From assembly GCA_041659225.1 (NCBI GenBank), contig JBAZYR010000004.1:9867-73866 (forward strand): 64,000 nt of DNA, read 5' to 3'. The stretch comes from Candidatus Staskawiczbacteria bacterium. GTDB taxonomy: Bacteria; Patescibacteriota; Minisyncoccia; Minisyncoccales; Staskawiczbacteraceae. Both the position numbers and the translations under genes were made by a program. Below are positions 1 to 9,378 of the stretch, in pieces. Under the pieces are notes generated by a model. That model was given only the letters and a program-made list of their open reading frames with translations, was not told the origin of the DNA and did no database searches. The stretch's first letter is position 1. Every line of letters starts with the position of its first letter.

Positions 1-2
1 AA

Positions 3-992
3 AAAGATCCGAACTTTACAGGAGAGGATGTTAGAGAGGGATTAACTTCCGTTGTCTTGGTAAAAATACGGAATCCGCAGTTTGAGGGCCAGACAAAGGC
101 AAAACTTGGGAACCCAGAAGCAAAGAATGCAGTTGAGTCAGCTGTCGCAGAAGCCTTGAGCGACTATTTAGAAAGATTCCCGTCTGATGCGAAAGCAATA
201 ATCGAGAATTGTCTTTTAGCAGCTAAGGCCAGAGAAGCAGCCAAGAGCGCCCGGCAGACAGTTCTAAGGAAAGGAGTTTTGGAAGGATTGGCTCTTCCCG
301 GCAAACTAGCAGATTGTCTTTCCCGAAATCCAGAAGAAAGCGAGCTTTACATAGTGGAGGGAGAATCAGCCGGAGGAAGCGGAAGGCAAGCCAGAGATAG
401 GCATTTCCAAGCAGTATTACCTTTGAGAGGTAAGATTTTGAACGTTGAAAGAGCTCGCTTAGACAAGATGTTGGACTCCAAAGAGGTTCGGGCATTGGTT
501 ATTGCCCTAGGAACTGCTATAGGAGAAGACTTCTCAATAGAGAAGCTAAGATACCATCGGATTATTATCATGACTGATGCTGATGTGGACGGTTCGCATA
601 TCCGAACATTGCTTTTGACTCTATTCTATCGGCACTTCAAACCAATTATTGACGCAGGCTATCTATACATTGCTCAGCCACCTTTGTTCAGGATACAGTC
701 TGGAAAAGATATACGATGGGCGTATAACGAGGAGAATAAAGAGAGGATATTAAAGGAGTTGAACAAAACACAGGGCGTTTCGATTCAACGCTACAAAGGT
801 CTTGGAGAGATGAATGCTGAACAGCTTTGGGAAACAACAATGAATCCTGCAAATAGATTGTTGCTCCGCGTCCAAGTTGATGAAGCCAGGGAGGCAGATA
901 AGATATTCGATATCTTAATGGGGGAGGAGGTGCTGCCAAGAAAGAAGTTTATACAAACACACGCCAAATCCGTAAGAAATTTGGATATATAA
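3..992 (+). CDS. gyrB: DNA gyrase subunit B, C-terminal part (5' end upstream of window)
   Basis: Frame is open from the window edge. TOPRIM motifs [13 protein letters not shown] and [13 protein letters not shown]-terminal [10 protein letters not shown]. Stop at 990-992. Confidence 0.95.
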   Translation, partial: KDPNFTGEDVREGLTSVVLVKIRNPQFEGQTKAKLGNPEAKNAVESAVAEALSDYLERFPSDAKAIIENCLLAAKAREAAKSARQTVLRKGVLEGLALPGKLADCLSRNPEESELYIVEGESAGGSGRQARDRHFQAVLPLRGKILNVERARLDKMLDSKEVRALVIALGTAIGEDFSIEKLRYHRIIIMTDADVDGSHIRTLLLTLFYRHFKPIIDAGYLYIAQPPLFRIQSGKDIRWAYNEENKERILKELNKTQGVSIQRYKGLGEMNAEQLWETTMNPANRLLLRVQVDEAREADKIFDILMGEEVLPRKKFIQTHAKSVRNLDI

Positions 993-1484
993 ATGGCTCA
1001 AAGAGTTTTTACACAAACGTTTGGGGTTGTCGGAGCGATAGTTGAGAAAGAGGGAAAGATTCTTTTGGTAAGAGAATCTCAAAAGAAAGGCCCGGACGAC
1101 GGAAAATGGAACCATCCGGCAGGATGGATAGAAGTAGGTGAAGATCCGATCGAAGGGGTAAAAAGGGAAACAGAAGAAGAAACAGGGTTTTCTTTTATTC
1201 CGACTCATGTTTTAGGAATATATTCTCTTGTAAGGAAAGATTTGGAACGCCTAGTGGGAGAAATCCATCACCCCGTCAAGATCATTTTTATCGGGACGAT
1301 TTCTGAAGACATGAAAAGAGAATTGGAAGATGACGTTACGGAAACGAGGTGGTTCACTCCAGAAGAGATAGAGGCAATGGGCCCAGAAACTCTCCGGGAT
1401 GTTGATATCAAAGGGATAGCCAAAGATTATTTCAATGGCCGTAAGTATCCATTAGATCTCTTAAAACACACGATACAAGAATAA
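993..1484 (+). CDS. NUDIX hydrolase
   Basis: Nudix box GWIEVGEDPIEGVKRETEEETG. ATG directly abuts the gyrB stop. Confidence 0.85.
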   Translation: MAQRVFTQTFGVVGAIVEKEGKILLVRESQKKGPDDGKWNHPAGWIEVGEDPIEGVKRETEEETGFSFIPTHVLGIYSLVRKDLERLVGEIHHPVKIIFIGTISEDMKRELEDDVTETRWFTPEEIEAMGPETLRDVDIKGIAKDYFNGRKYPLDLLKHTIQE

Positions 1485-1528
1485 AAGGCTTGACTTTTTT
1501 CTGTTATCTGGTTAATCTCTATTTATAG

Positions 1529-1548
1529 ATGGCCAGCGGGCCATTTTT
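1529..1548 (+). terminator. Rho-independent terminator after the NUDIX gene
   Basis: ATGGCC-agcg-GGCCAT hairpin followed by TTTTT. Confidence 0.6.
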
Positions 1549-1565
1549 AAATCCGCGAGTATTTG

Positions 1566-1594
1566 TTGACTTCCGCCCGTAATATTACTATTAT
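1566..1594 (+). promoter_or_regulatory. Sigma70-like promoter for secE-nusG-rplK
   Basis: TTGACT, 17-nt spacer, TATTAT. The -10 ends 9 nt before the secE ATG, implying a near-leaderless mRNA. Confidence 0.5.
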
Positions 1595-1603
1595 TATTTC
1601 AAT

Positions 1604-1810
1604 ATGGTTAAACTCAATAATATTCCAGCCAAAATTAAGAGCTTCTTGAAGGAAGTGTATTTAGAATTGAAAAAAGTAAGCTGGCTTAGCCGCAAAGAGC
1701 TTTTAAAATACACAGTAATTGTTATCCTTCTAACGCTGTTGACCGCCGCCTTTTTAGGAGGCTTAGACTATATATTTTCGACTCTATTAAAGAAATTCAT
1801 ACTTCAATAA
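1604..1810 (+). CDS. secE: Preprotein translocase subunit SecE
   Basis: 68 aa with ELKKVSWLSRKE motif and one C-terminal TM helix. Conserved position before nusG. Confidence 0.8.
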   Translation: MVKLNNIPAKIKSFLKEVYLELKKVSWLSRKELLKYTVIVILLTLLTAAFLGGLDYIFSTLLKKFILQ

Positions 1811-2356
1811 ATGCCGAAACAGATAGTAGAACAAAGTAGAAATTGGTACGTGATCCACACTTATTCTGGCTACGAGGATGCTGTTGCAAAAAACCTGAAA
1901 CAAAGGATAGAATCTTTGGGTATGGAAGACTATATATTCAACGTAATAGTTCCTAAGGAAAAGAAGATAAAAATCAAGAACGGAAAGAGGAAAGTAACTG
2001 AAGAAAAGATTTATCCTGGCTACGTACTCGTTGAGATGACAGTAACCGATGCTTCTTGGTATGTTGTCAGAAACACCCCTCGAGTTACCGGATTTATCGG
2101 CGCAGGAACAACTCCTTTACCAGTTTCAAAAGAAGAAGTAGACTACTTAATGAAGAGAATGGAAGTTAAGGAACCTGACTTCAAGATTGATATTGAGATT
2201 GATTCTGTGGTAAAAATATCTGACGGACCATTCAAGGGTTTTGAAGGAAAAGTTTCAGGGATTGATCCTGAAAAGGGCAAAGTCAAAGTACTTGTTAATA
2301 TGTTCGGCCGCGATACCTCTGTCGAACTAGATTCCCTACAGATTAAAAAACTTTAA
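1811..2356 (+). CDS. nusG: Transcription termination/antitermination factor NusG
   Basis: [12 protein letters not shown]-terminal NGN motif, C-terminal KOW-like segment, secE-nusG-rplK synteny. Confidence 0.95.
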   Translation: MPKQIVEQSRNWYVIHTYSGYEDAVAKNLKQRIESLGMEDYIFNVIVPKEKKIKIKNGKRKVTEEKIYPGYVLVEMTVTDASWYVVRNTPRVTGFIGAGTTPLPVSKEEVDYLMKRMEVKEPDFKIDIEIDSVVKISDGPFKGFEGKVSGIDPEKGKVKVLVNMFGRDTSVELDSLQIKKL

Positions 2357-2361
2357 ATAAC

Positions 2362-2784
2362 ATGGCAAAGCAAATAAAGACGATTGTAAAACTGCAAATA
2401 CAAGCCGCAAAGGCTAATCGCGCCCCTCCAGTCGGGCCGGCTTTAGCTCCGCACGGTTTGAATATTTCTGAATTCTGTCAGAAATTCAACGACGCCACAA
2501 AAGATCAAGCAGGTTTTCTAATTCCAGTTGAGGTTACAATTTATGTTGATAGAACGTATTCTCTAAAATTCAGAAAGCCACCAGCTTCAGAATTATTGAG
2601 AAAAGCTGCCGGGATTGAAAAAGGATCAGGCCAGCCGAATAAAACTAAGGTTGCCAAGATCACGAAAGCTCAACTCCAGGAAATTGCCAAGACTAAAATG
2701 CCTGATTTGAACACCACCGACATCGAAGCCGCAATGAAAGTAATCGCAGGAACCGCAAGACAGATGGGGATCGATATTGTTTAG
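2362..2784 (+). CDS. rplK: 50S ribosomal protein L11
   Basis: [26 protein letters not shown] matches the L11 N-terminal signature. 140 aa. Confidence 0.95.
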   Translation: MAKQIKTIVKLQIQAAKANRAPPVGPALAPHGLNISEFCQKFNDATKDQAGFLIPVEVTIYVDRTYSLKFRKPPASELLRKAAGIEKGSGQPNKTKVAKITKAQLQEIAKTKMPDLNTTDIEAAMKVIAGTARQMGIDIV

Positions 2785-2807
2785 TAATTTTAAGTTTAAA
2801 TTATCTC

Positions 2808-3338
2808 ATGCGTCCCTCAAAAGACCAGTACTATCTAGGTATTGCTAAAGAAATAGGCGACAGAAGCGCCTGTTTTAGACACAAATGTGGTGCTATAATC
2901 GTTCACGATGATCAAATTATTGCTACCGGATATATTGGCGCTCCTCGGAAGACAAAAGACTGCCTAGAGAGAGGAGAATGCTTAAGGGATAAATTAAAAA
3001 TTCCGCATGGCACGCGGTATGAAATCTGTAGAAGCGTGCATGCTGAAATGAACGCCATAATCAACGCCGCCCGCGCGGGCGTAAGCCTTTTAGGCGGAGA
3101 TATGTTTATCCATAGTTTGGACCCAAAGACCGGAGAGAAGAATAATTCCTTTCCGTGTTTTTTTTGCAAGAGGATGATTATAAACGCGGGATTGCAGAGA
3201 GTGGTTTGCCATACCAATACAGGGGATATAAAAGTATTTATGGTTAGTGATTGGATTGAAGACTGGCGTGAACGGGATATTTGCGACGATCAACATCAAT
3301 ATGGCGCCGATCGGAATATTAAAGAAAATTTATCCTAA
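2808..3338 (+). CDS. dCMP (deoxycytidylate) deaminase
   Basis: Zinc motifs HAEMNAI and PCFFCKRMI. Adjacent to tmk and the thyX-like gene. Confidence 0.85.
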   Translation: MRPSKDQYYLGIAKEIGDRSACFRHKCGAIIVHDDQIIATGYIGAPRKTKDCLERGECLRDKLKIPHGTRYEICRSVHAEMNAIINAARAGVSLLGGDMFIHSLDPKTGEKNNSFPCFFCKRMIINAGLQRVVCHTNTGDIKVFMVSDWIEDWRERDICDDQHQYGADRNIKENLS

Positions 3339-3340
3339 TA

Positions 3341-3976
3341 ATGATTAAGAATAACTATCCCGGTAAATTTATTGTGTTCGAAGGTCTCGATGGCTCAGGC
3401 CAAAGTACGCAAGCGGGGAAGTTATTCGATTTTCTTAATTTACCGGAACAGAAACTTAAATTCGGGCATACCGGAGTTCATCTGACCAAAGAACCTACGT
3501 CGAGTTTAATCGGGGGATTAATAAGGAGCCAGCTGACGCACGAATGGAAATCTTCACAGAACTGCCTCCAACTGCTATTTTCTGCCGACAGGGCGAATCA
3601 TTTAGAAAAAGAAATAATCCCCTTGCTCGAGCGTGGTATAACAGTTGTTTGCGACAGATATTTCTTTTCTACCATTGCTTACGGTTCGTTGGACATAAAA
3701 GACAGAGAGTGGCTTGTCAATTTAAATAAGAATTTCCTTTTTCCCGACATTACATTCTTGCTTAAGGTTTCTCCCCGAATCTGCATGGAGAGGATACAGA
3801 AGACGAGATATGAGATTAATCTTTTCGAAAGGGAAGAAATGCTGACGAGGGTTTGGGAAAATTTTGACCGGCTGGCCAAAGAATTTGAAAAAGTTCACGT
3901 AATACAAGGAGAAGGACCATTAGAAAAAATTCATCAAGAAATAGTCCAAATACTTACTAACAAATTAACTCAATAA
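3341..3976 (+). CDS. tmk: Thymidylate kinase
   Basis: P-loop FIVFEGLDGSGQSTQ and DRY-type motif CDRYFFS. Confidence 0.9.
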   Translation: MIKNNYPGKFIVFEGLDGSGQSTQAGKLFDFLNLPEQKLKFGHTGVHLTKEPTSSLIGGLIRSQLTHEWKSSQNCLQLLFSADRANHLEKEIIPLLERGITVVCDRYFFSTIAYGSLDIKDREWLVNLNKNFLFPDITFLLKVSPRICMERIQKTRYEINLFEREEMLTRVWENFDRLAKEFEKVHVIQGEGPLEKIHQEIVQILTNKLTQ

Positions 3977-3998
3977 TTTTCGATAATGAATCACCAGC

Positions 3999-5669
3999 AT
4001 GGAAAAAGAAAGTTTCGCACCATTATTTGACAAGCCCCAATTCTCCGGCGACGAACGGCATCTTATTGAGCCGTTTTTTACTAACATCGATAAGTCAGTT
4101 TTTGCCGTTACCTTTTTACCGCCAGAAGTAATCGGCGCTCTATGCGCCCGAACCAGCAGGGCAAAGGAGGACTTAAGAATGCTTTTCTTGAACGAATTCA
4201 TAAAGCCGTTTCTTGATGAAAATAGTGAATACGGCGTATCTCTTAAGGCTTTAATTGAATTTTTCCACAAGCATCCCTTAGAGTTAATTTTTTCTAACCC
4301 GAAAGGCCGTGAGTTCTATATCAAATGGCTGGCTCAATTCGGCGACGATTCGATCGCCCAGATGGCTGGCGCTCATTTGATTTACGCGGGTATTTCTCAA
4401 CTAGGTATAAAGCACCTTGAGGATATGAGAATAGGTTTGGCCCCGATTGAGAAATCGACCCGTTATGTTGACTATGCAGCTAAAGTAGACGGACATTATC
4501 TTTACTACACAGATCCGACCTTAGAGCAAGCTGGGTTACTCAAAGAGTACGAAGAAACGATGAACCATCTTTTTGAAACATATATTTTAATAAACACCAA
4601 ATATCTTGAGCACTTAAGAAAACTATACCCGGACGAGAAGGAGATGGTATTAAAGACTAAGGCTTTCGACGTTGCCAGAAAGATTCTGCCCGTATCAACT
4701 CTCAGCTCGGTTTCCTTTTTCGGCAACGGTCAGGCATTTGAATATTTAATTAGTAGGTCTCTGAACAATAAACTTGGAGAAGTCCGCTGGATAGGCCAGG
4801 CGGCTCTCGATGAATTGAATAAAATAATTCCGGCATTTTTAAGAAGGATCGAAAGCCAGGATTCTGAAGACTACAGGAAATATTTATCTGAAAGAGGGGA
4901 GAGGGTAAATAAATCGCTGGATGATTTGAAATGGCAGAAGGATTTGGTTCCGAGCCAGACGAACGTAAAACTTTTGGATTACGACGGCGATGGCGAGAAC
5001 AAGGTAATCGCCGGCCTTATTTATCCCGAACTCCAAGAGCCGTTCAGCCGCGTCTTAGGAAAAGTTAGGAAACTATCAGTTGAAGAGAAGGAAAAAATTC
5101 TGCAGGAAACTCTCAAGGATAGAAAATATAGATATTACAAAATTCCACGGGCATTCGAGAACACATATTTACGCTTTGAAATCGCAATGAATATCGGGGC
5201 ATGGAGAGATGTGCATCGGCACCGCATCCACACTCAGTATCGCCAAAGGTTCAGCCCGTATAACGGTTTCGACACGCCGGTAGAGTTAAAGGAGGTTAAC
5301 TTGGAGAATGAATTCAAGGCAGCAATAACCAAAACAGAGGCTTTATACGAAAAGGTGAAGCAATTCGATCCAGATATTGCGCAATATTGTTGTGCCTTAG
5401 CTCACAAGCTAAGATTCATCCAATACCAAAACTTAAGGTCATTCTTCTGGGAGACGGAATTAAGAACTATTCCCCAGGGACACGTTGACTATCGAAAAAT
5501 AGAACAGGAAAAGATAAAATTAGTGCAGAAGATTTATCCTTTACTATCGAAGTATTTATTAGTTGACATGCAGGACTACGACTTTGCTCGTCGCGGGACA
5601 GTAGAGCAAATAGCGAAGAAGGAAGAAGAGCTGAAAAAATACTTTGAGCAAAAGGAACAAAAGAAGTAG
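3999..5669 (+). CDS. ThyX-like (Thy1 family) protein, roughly double the usual length
   Basis: 556 aa. HRHRIHT resembles the ThyX RHRxxS motif with Thr at the Ser position. Sits next to dCMP deaminase and tmk. Confidence 0.55.
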   Translation: MEKESFAPLFDKPQFSGDERHLIEPFFTNIDKSVFAVTFLPPEVIGALCARTSRAKEDLRMLFLNEFIKPFLDENSEYGVSLKALIEFFHKHPLELIFSNPKGREFYIKWLAQFGDDSIAQMAGAHLIYAGISQLGIKHLEDMRIGLAPIEKSTRYVDYAAKVDGHYLYYTDPTLEQAGLLKEYEETMNHLFETYILINTKYLEHLRKLYPDEKEMVLKTKAFDVARKILPVSTLSSVSFFGNGQAFEYLISRSLNNKLGEVRWIGQAALDELNKIIPAFLRRIESQDSEDYRKYLSERGERVNKSLDDLKWQKDLVPSQTNVKLLDYDGDGENKVIAGLIYPELQEPFSRVLGKVRKLSVEEKEKILQETLKDRKYRYYKIPRAFENTYLRFEIAMNIGAWRDVHRHRIHTQYRQRFSPYNGFDTPVELKEVNLENEFKAAITKTEALYEKVKQFDPDIAQYCCALAHKLRFIQYQNLRSFFWETELRTIPQGHVDYRKIEQEKIKLVQKIYPLLSKYLLVDMQDYDFARRGTVEQIAKKEEELKKYFEQKEQKK

Positions 5670-5678
5670 AATAACATT

Positions 5679-7148
5679 ATGGAGTATAAACCTACTATTG
5701 GCCTGGAAGTGCATGTAGAATTAAAGACAAATTCTAAAATGTTTTGTTCCTGTAAGAACGATCCGGATGAAAAGCGGCCTAACTATAATATCTGCCAAGT
5801 TTGTACAGCCCAGCCAGGCAGTTTGCCGGTAGCCAACGAGGAAGCCATAAAAAAGGTTTTGAAAACAGGAATCGCTCTGAACTGCGGAATTAATAGGGAA
5901 TCAAAGTTTGATCGTAAGAACTATTTCTACCCCGACCTGCCAAAGGGCTACCAAATCTCTCAATACGATAAGCCCTTCTGCGAAAAAGGATATTTAGAGA
6001 TTCCGGTTTCTGAAGATTTTTCCAATTTAGACTTAAAGAAAATTAGGATAACAAGAATTCATCTGGAGGAAGATACCGGGCGTTTAATGCATCCCGAGGG
6101 CGCCAGCCATTCGTTAGTTGATTTTAATCGGGCTGGAATGCCTTTAATGGAGCTGGTTACCGAACCCGACTTAAGCTCCGGGCTAGAGGTCAGGCGCTTT
6201 GCCGAGGAATTGCAGCTGATTTTACGGTATATCGGAGTCTCTGATGCTGATATGGAAAAAGGCCAAATGAGGATTGAGGTGAATATTAGTTTAAGCGAGT
6301 CGAGCAAGCTTGGAACAAAGGTTGAGATAAAGAATCTTAATTCCTTTAAGGTTGCCGAGAAGGCGGTAGATTTTGAGATAGAGAGACAAACAGAGATATT
6401 GAACAAAGGAGATAAAGTAATCCAAGAGACTCGCGGGTGGAACGACAGGAGAGCAGAAACATTTTCTCAAAGAGAGAAGGAGGAAGCGCACGATTACAGG
6501 TATTTCCCGGAGCCCGATCTACCAGCGATTACGCTCAGCGAAGATTATTTAGAAATGATTAAAAAAGAAGTTCCTGAGCTGCCGGCAGAAAAGAGGAAGA
6601 GATTGGTTAAAGAATATGGCATTGAAGCGAAAGCAACTGAGATATTCACGGATAATAAAGACCTTGGAGAGTATTTCGAAAAGGTCATTTCGGAGTTAAA
6701 AGTTGACGGTAAAGATTCTAAATTCGGTTCTTTAATTAAGTTGGCAACCAACTATATTATTACCGATCTCCAGGGATTAATTGGCGCAACCTTTATTGAA
6801 ACAGAGTGTAAGATAACGCCGGAAAACTTCGCGGAGTTCATAACCTTAATAAACGACGGAAAGATCACCAGTAAGAGTGCTAAAGAGATTTTAATTGAAA
6901 TGCGGGAATCCGGGAAAGATCCTTCGCAGATTATCGATGATAAAGGTTTGGGACAAATAAACGACGAAACGGAAATTGAGAGCATTGTTACTGAAGTTAT
7001 AAACAGTAATAGCAGTACGGTTGAGGATTATAAAAACGGCAAGGAAAACGCTCTGCAGTTTCTTGTTGGGAAGGTAATGGCGCAAACTCGCGGGAAGGCA
7101 AATCCCGAGGCAGTACAAAGGATATTTAAGAAAATATTGTCTAAATAA
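5679..7148 (+). CDS. gatB: Asp/Glu-tRNA amidotransferase subunit B
   Basis: IGLEVHVELKT..KMFC, NRAGMPLMELVTEPD, C-terminal GatB/YqeY-like tail. 489 aa. Confidence 0.95.
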   Translation: MEYKPTIGLEVHVELKTNSKMFCSCKNDPDEKRPNYNICQVCTAQPGSLPVANEEAIKKVLKTGIALNCGINRESKFDRKNYFYPDLPKGYQISQYDKPFCEKGYLEIPVSEDFSNLDLKKIRITRIHLEEDTGRLMHPEGASHSLVDFNRAGMPLMELVTEPDLSSGLEVRRFAEELQLILRYIGVSDADMEKGQMRIEVNISLSESSKLGTKVEIKNLNSFKVAEKAVDFEIERQTEILNKGDKVIQETRGWNDRRAETFSQREKEEAHDYRYFPEPDLPAITLSEDYLEMIKKEVPELPAEKRKRLVKEYGIEAKATEIFTDNKDLGEYFEKVISELKVDGKDSKFGSLIKLATNYIITDLQGLIGATFIETECKITPENFAEFITLINDGKITSKSAKEILIEMRESGKDPSQIIDDKGLGQINDETEIESIVTEVINSNSSTVEDYKNGKENALQFLVGKVMAQTRGKANPEAVQRIFKKILSK

Positions 7149-7196
7149 TTTGTTTTAGTAAAATTAAGTAATAATTGATATTAATATTAATTTTTT

Positions 7197-7733
7197 ATGG
7201 AAGAAGAAAACATGTCTTTAGTAAGGCAGGTGCACTGCAAAGAGGGGAATACTTGCTCGGCTGTGCCCCTTGAAAAAAGAAAGGTAATTAAAAAGACCCT
7301 GCAAAGGGCTATCGGGTTTATAATCATATTCTTTTGTTTCGTCGTCGGATTGCTATCAGCAGCTCCGGCTTCTTATTCCTGGACCTTGTTCGTATATATC
7401 GCCATTCCGTTAATCGCCATTCTTGCGATATATATTTTTCAATGTCTCTATTACCGCTACTATTTCTACAATCTCCTGGAAGAAGACATAGTGATAAAAA
7501 AAGGAGTGGTAAGTAGAAGAGAGATAACTCTGCTTTATTCAAAGATTCAAAGTGTGTATATAGACCAGGATTTCTTCGATAGGATATTCAAGCTATACGA
7601 CGTTCACGTGGAGACCGCAGGGTTTGGCTCTGGCGTAAGCGCTCACATAGACGGGGTAAACCATGCAAACAGTGAAAAGCTCAGGAATTTAATCTCCGAG
7701 AAAGTTAAAAAGTATAATAATAGGAGTATATAA
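7197..7733 (+). CDS. Membrane protein with bacterial PH (YdbS/YdbT-like) domain
   Basis: Two N-terminal TM helices, then IVIKKGVVSRREITLLYSKIQSVYIDQDFFDRIFKLYDV. Confidence 0.6.
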   Translation: MEEENMSLVRQVHCKEGNTCSAVPLEKRKVIKKTLQRAIGFIIIFFCFVVGLLSAAPASYSWTLFVYIAIPLIAILAIYIFQCLYYRYYFYNLLEEDIVIKKGVVSRREITLLYSKIQSVYIDQDFFDRIFKLYDVHVETAGFGSGVSAHIDGVNHANSEKLRNLISEKVKKYNNRSI

Positions 7734-7749
7734 TCGAATAAAATGAGGA

Positions 7750-7778
7750 AGCCCCGGAGCGTTGCTCTGGGGCTTTTC
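7750..7778. terminator. Hairpin terminator between convergent genes
   Basis: 11-bp stem AGCCCCGGAGC / GCTCTGGGGCT (one G-U), 3-nt loop, TTTT tail. Confidence 0.65.
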
Positions 7779-7799
7779 GGTTGAAATGGAGGGAGGGGG

Positions 7800-8159
7800 C
7801 TAGAGAAGCGGGTTCCCAGTAACGTAGTAGAAAGTGATGAGGTTTATCAACCCGGCCAAAAGAATTGCAGTCGCCACAATAACTAGCAGCAGTTTGACGA
7901 TACTGGGGCGGGGTTTTGAGGGAATATACAGAACCTGCTGGAACTTGATCCGAGAGGAGACCATGATGGTCCCAAATCCGGAGAGCCACAGTACGAGTGC
8001 ACCGACACACAAGGTAAGGCAGTTGGCGACGTGGGGCTCGTAGAACATAGCTACCCAAATCGCAGAGATGACCATGCCGATGGCCAGGCAGTAATCGATG
8101 AATCCGATTACGTACAGGGTTCGGCTAGTCCGGTTGGTCGGCAATGCTCTTGCGTTCAT
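7800..8159 (-). CDS. Hypothetical multi-pass membrane protein (GC-richer islet)
   Basis: 119 aa, hydrophobic segments throughout. AAAGGA 8 nt upstream of the ATG. Confidence 0.5.
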   Translation of the reverse strand: MNARALPTNRTSRTLYVIGFIDYCLAIGMVISAIWVAMFYEPHVANCLTLCVGALVLWLSGFGTIMVSSRIKFQQVLYIPSKPRPSIVKLLLVIVATAILLAGLINLITFYYVTGNPLL

Positions 8160-8180
8160 TTTTTTCCTTTCATTACGGGT

Positions 8181-8417
8181 TTAATGTCCGGGTTTGTAGA
8201 AACGGGATTCGTGCCGAGTGTTAACTTTACCTCTCGCGACCTGGATTACCAGGGCGAAAGCGGCGATGGCCATGCCTCCGAAAAAGAGCAAGAAGCCAAT
8301 ATCGAAGCTTTCGGTAGGCTCCCACTCCTCGGAAGGGATCGTGGCGGCTGCGACCATCATTGTTATCGCAGCGACCAGCATCAAGCCGACCAGTAGATCA
8401 AGTAGTTTCCGTCTCAC
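8181..8417 (-). CDS. Hypothetical small two-TM membrane protein (GC-richer islet)
   Basis: GTG at 8417 sits 7 nt after GGAGG (8425-8429, minus strand). Preferred over the TTG at 8444 used by the ORF track. Confidence 0.45.
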   Translation of the reverse strand: MRRKLLDLLVGLMLVAAITMMVAAATIPSEEWEPTESFDIGFLLFFGGMAIAAFALVIQVARGKVNTRHESRFYKPGH

Positions 8418-8481
8418 GTTTTTTCCTCCATGAAATGTTGTCAACGAGCGGAATAGGGTACACCCCTATCTTATTACTATA

Positions 8482-9378
8482 TCACTTGTTTAGGTATTTG
8501 TCAATAGCTGTGATTGCACCCTTTTTATCCTTAATCCACTTAATTCGTTTGTCCTTTTTGAACCATGTCATCTGTCTTTTGGCATAATGTTCTATCTCTT
8601 TTTGTAGCTGTTTGATCATCTCCTCACGATCTAGTTTTCCGCGGATATATCTTGTTACATATCTGTATTCCAGGCCGAACTCTTCCAGGCGCTTCCACGA
8701 AACTCCGGATTTATGGAGCGATTCAACTTCCTCGACCATGCCTTCGTCTAGTCTTTTTATAAGTCTTTTTTCTATCAATTTTTGCAGCGTTTTGGTGTCT
8801 CTCTTTACGCCTAGATATAATGAGCTAAATCCGGGATTTTCAGGCTGGATAGGTGGAACTGGCCGTTTAGACTTTAAAACGATTTCCAGGGCTCGTATAA
8901 GGCGTCTGGGATTGTTTTTATCGATGTCCCCGGCCCTTCTGGGGTCTAATTTAGATAGAATTTTGTATAGCTCAGGAACTGTCTTTTTCTCAAGCTTTTT
9001 TCGCAAAGTTAAGTCAGGCTTAACGTTTGGTATTGATATACCATCTACCACAACTTGGATATAAAAGCCGGTTCCGCCGACTAAAAATGGAACCTTTTTC
9101 TTTTTATAAATTTTATCGATGGCCTTATCGGCAAGTTTTTTGAATTGGACGACATCAAATCTCTTTTTCGGGGAAGCAACATCTAAAAGATAGTGGGGGA
9201 CTCCCTGCATTTCCTTCTTAGTGACTTTCCCTGTCCCGATATTCATGCCTTTATACACCTGCCGCGAGTCAGCAGAAATAATCTCACCGTTAAACTTTTT
9301 AGCTAGCCCAACCGAAAGGTCGGTTTTGCCGGAGGCAGTTGGGCCGAGTATGACGATTATCTTTTTAAGATTTTTCAT
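8482..9378 (-). CDS. miaA: tRNA dimethylallyltransferase
   Basis: P-loop GPTASGKT, ISADSRQVYKGMNIGT. Overlaps the miaB end by 4 nt. Confidence 0.93.
   Translation of the reverse strand: MKNLKKIIVILGPTASGKTDLSVGLAKKFNGEIISADSRQVYKGMNIGTGKVTKKEMQGVPHYLLDVASPKKRFDVVQFKKLADKAIDKIYKKKKVPFLVGGTGFYIQVVVDGISIPNVKPDLTLRKKLEKKTVPELYKILSKLDPRRAGDIDKNNPRRLIRALEIVLKSKRPVPPIQPENPGFSSLYLGVKRDTKTLQKLIEKRLIKRLDEGMVEEVESLHKSGVSWKRLEEFGLEYRYVTRYIRGKLDREEMIKQLQKEIEHYAKRQMTWFKKDKRIKWIKDKKGAITAIDKYLNK

Noticed and set aside
8031-8587. Plus-strand ORFs 8031-8396, 8218-8433 and 8360-8587 in the first islet.
   Set aside because: The minus-strand ORFs encode clean TM-helix proteins with SD sites. The plus-strand products are Arg/Ser/His-rich with no signals.
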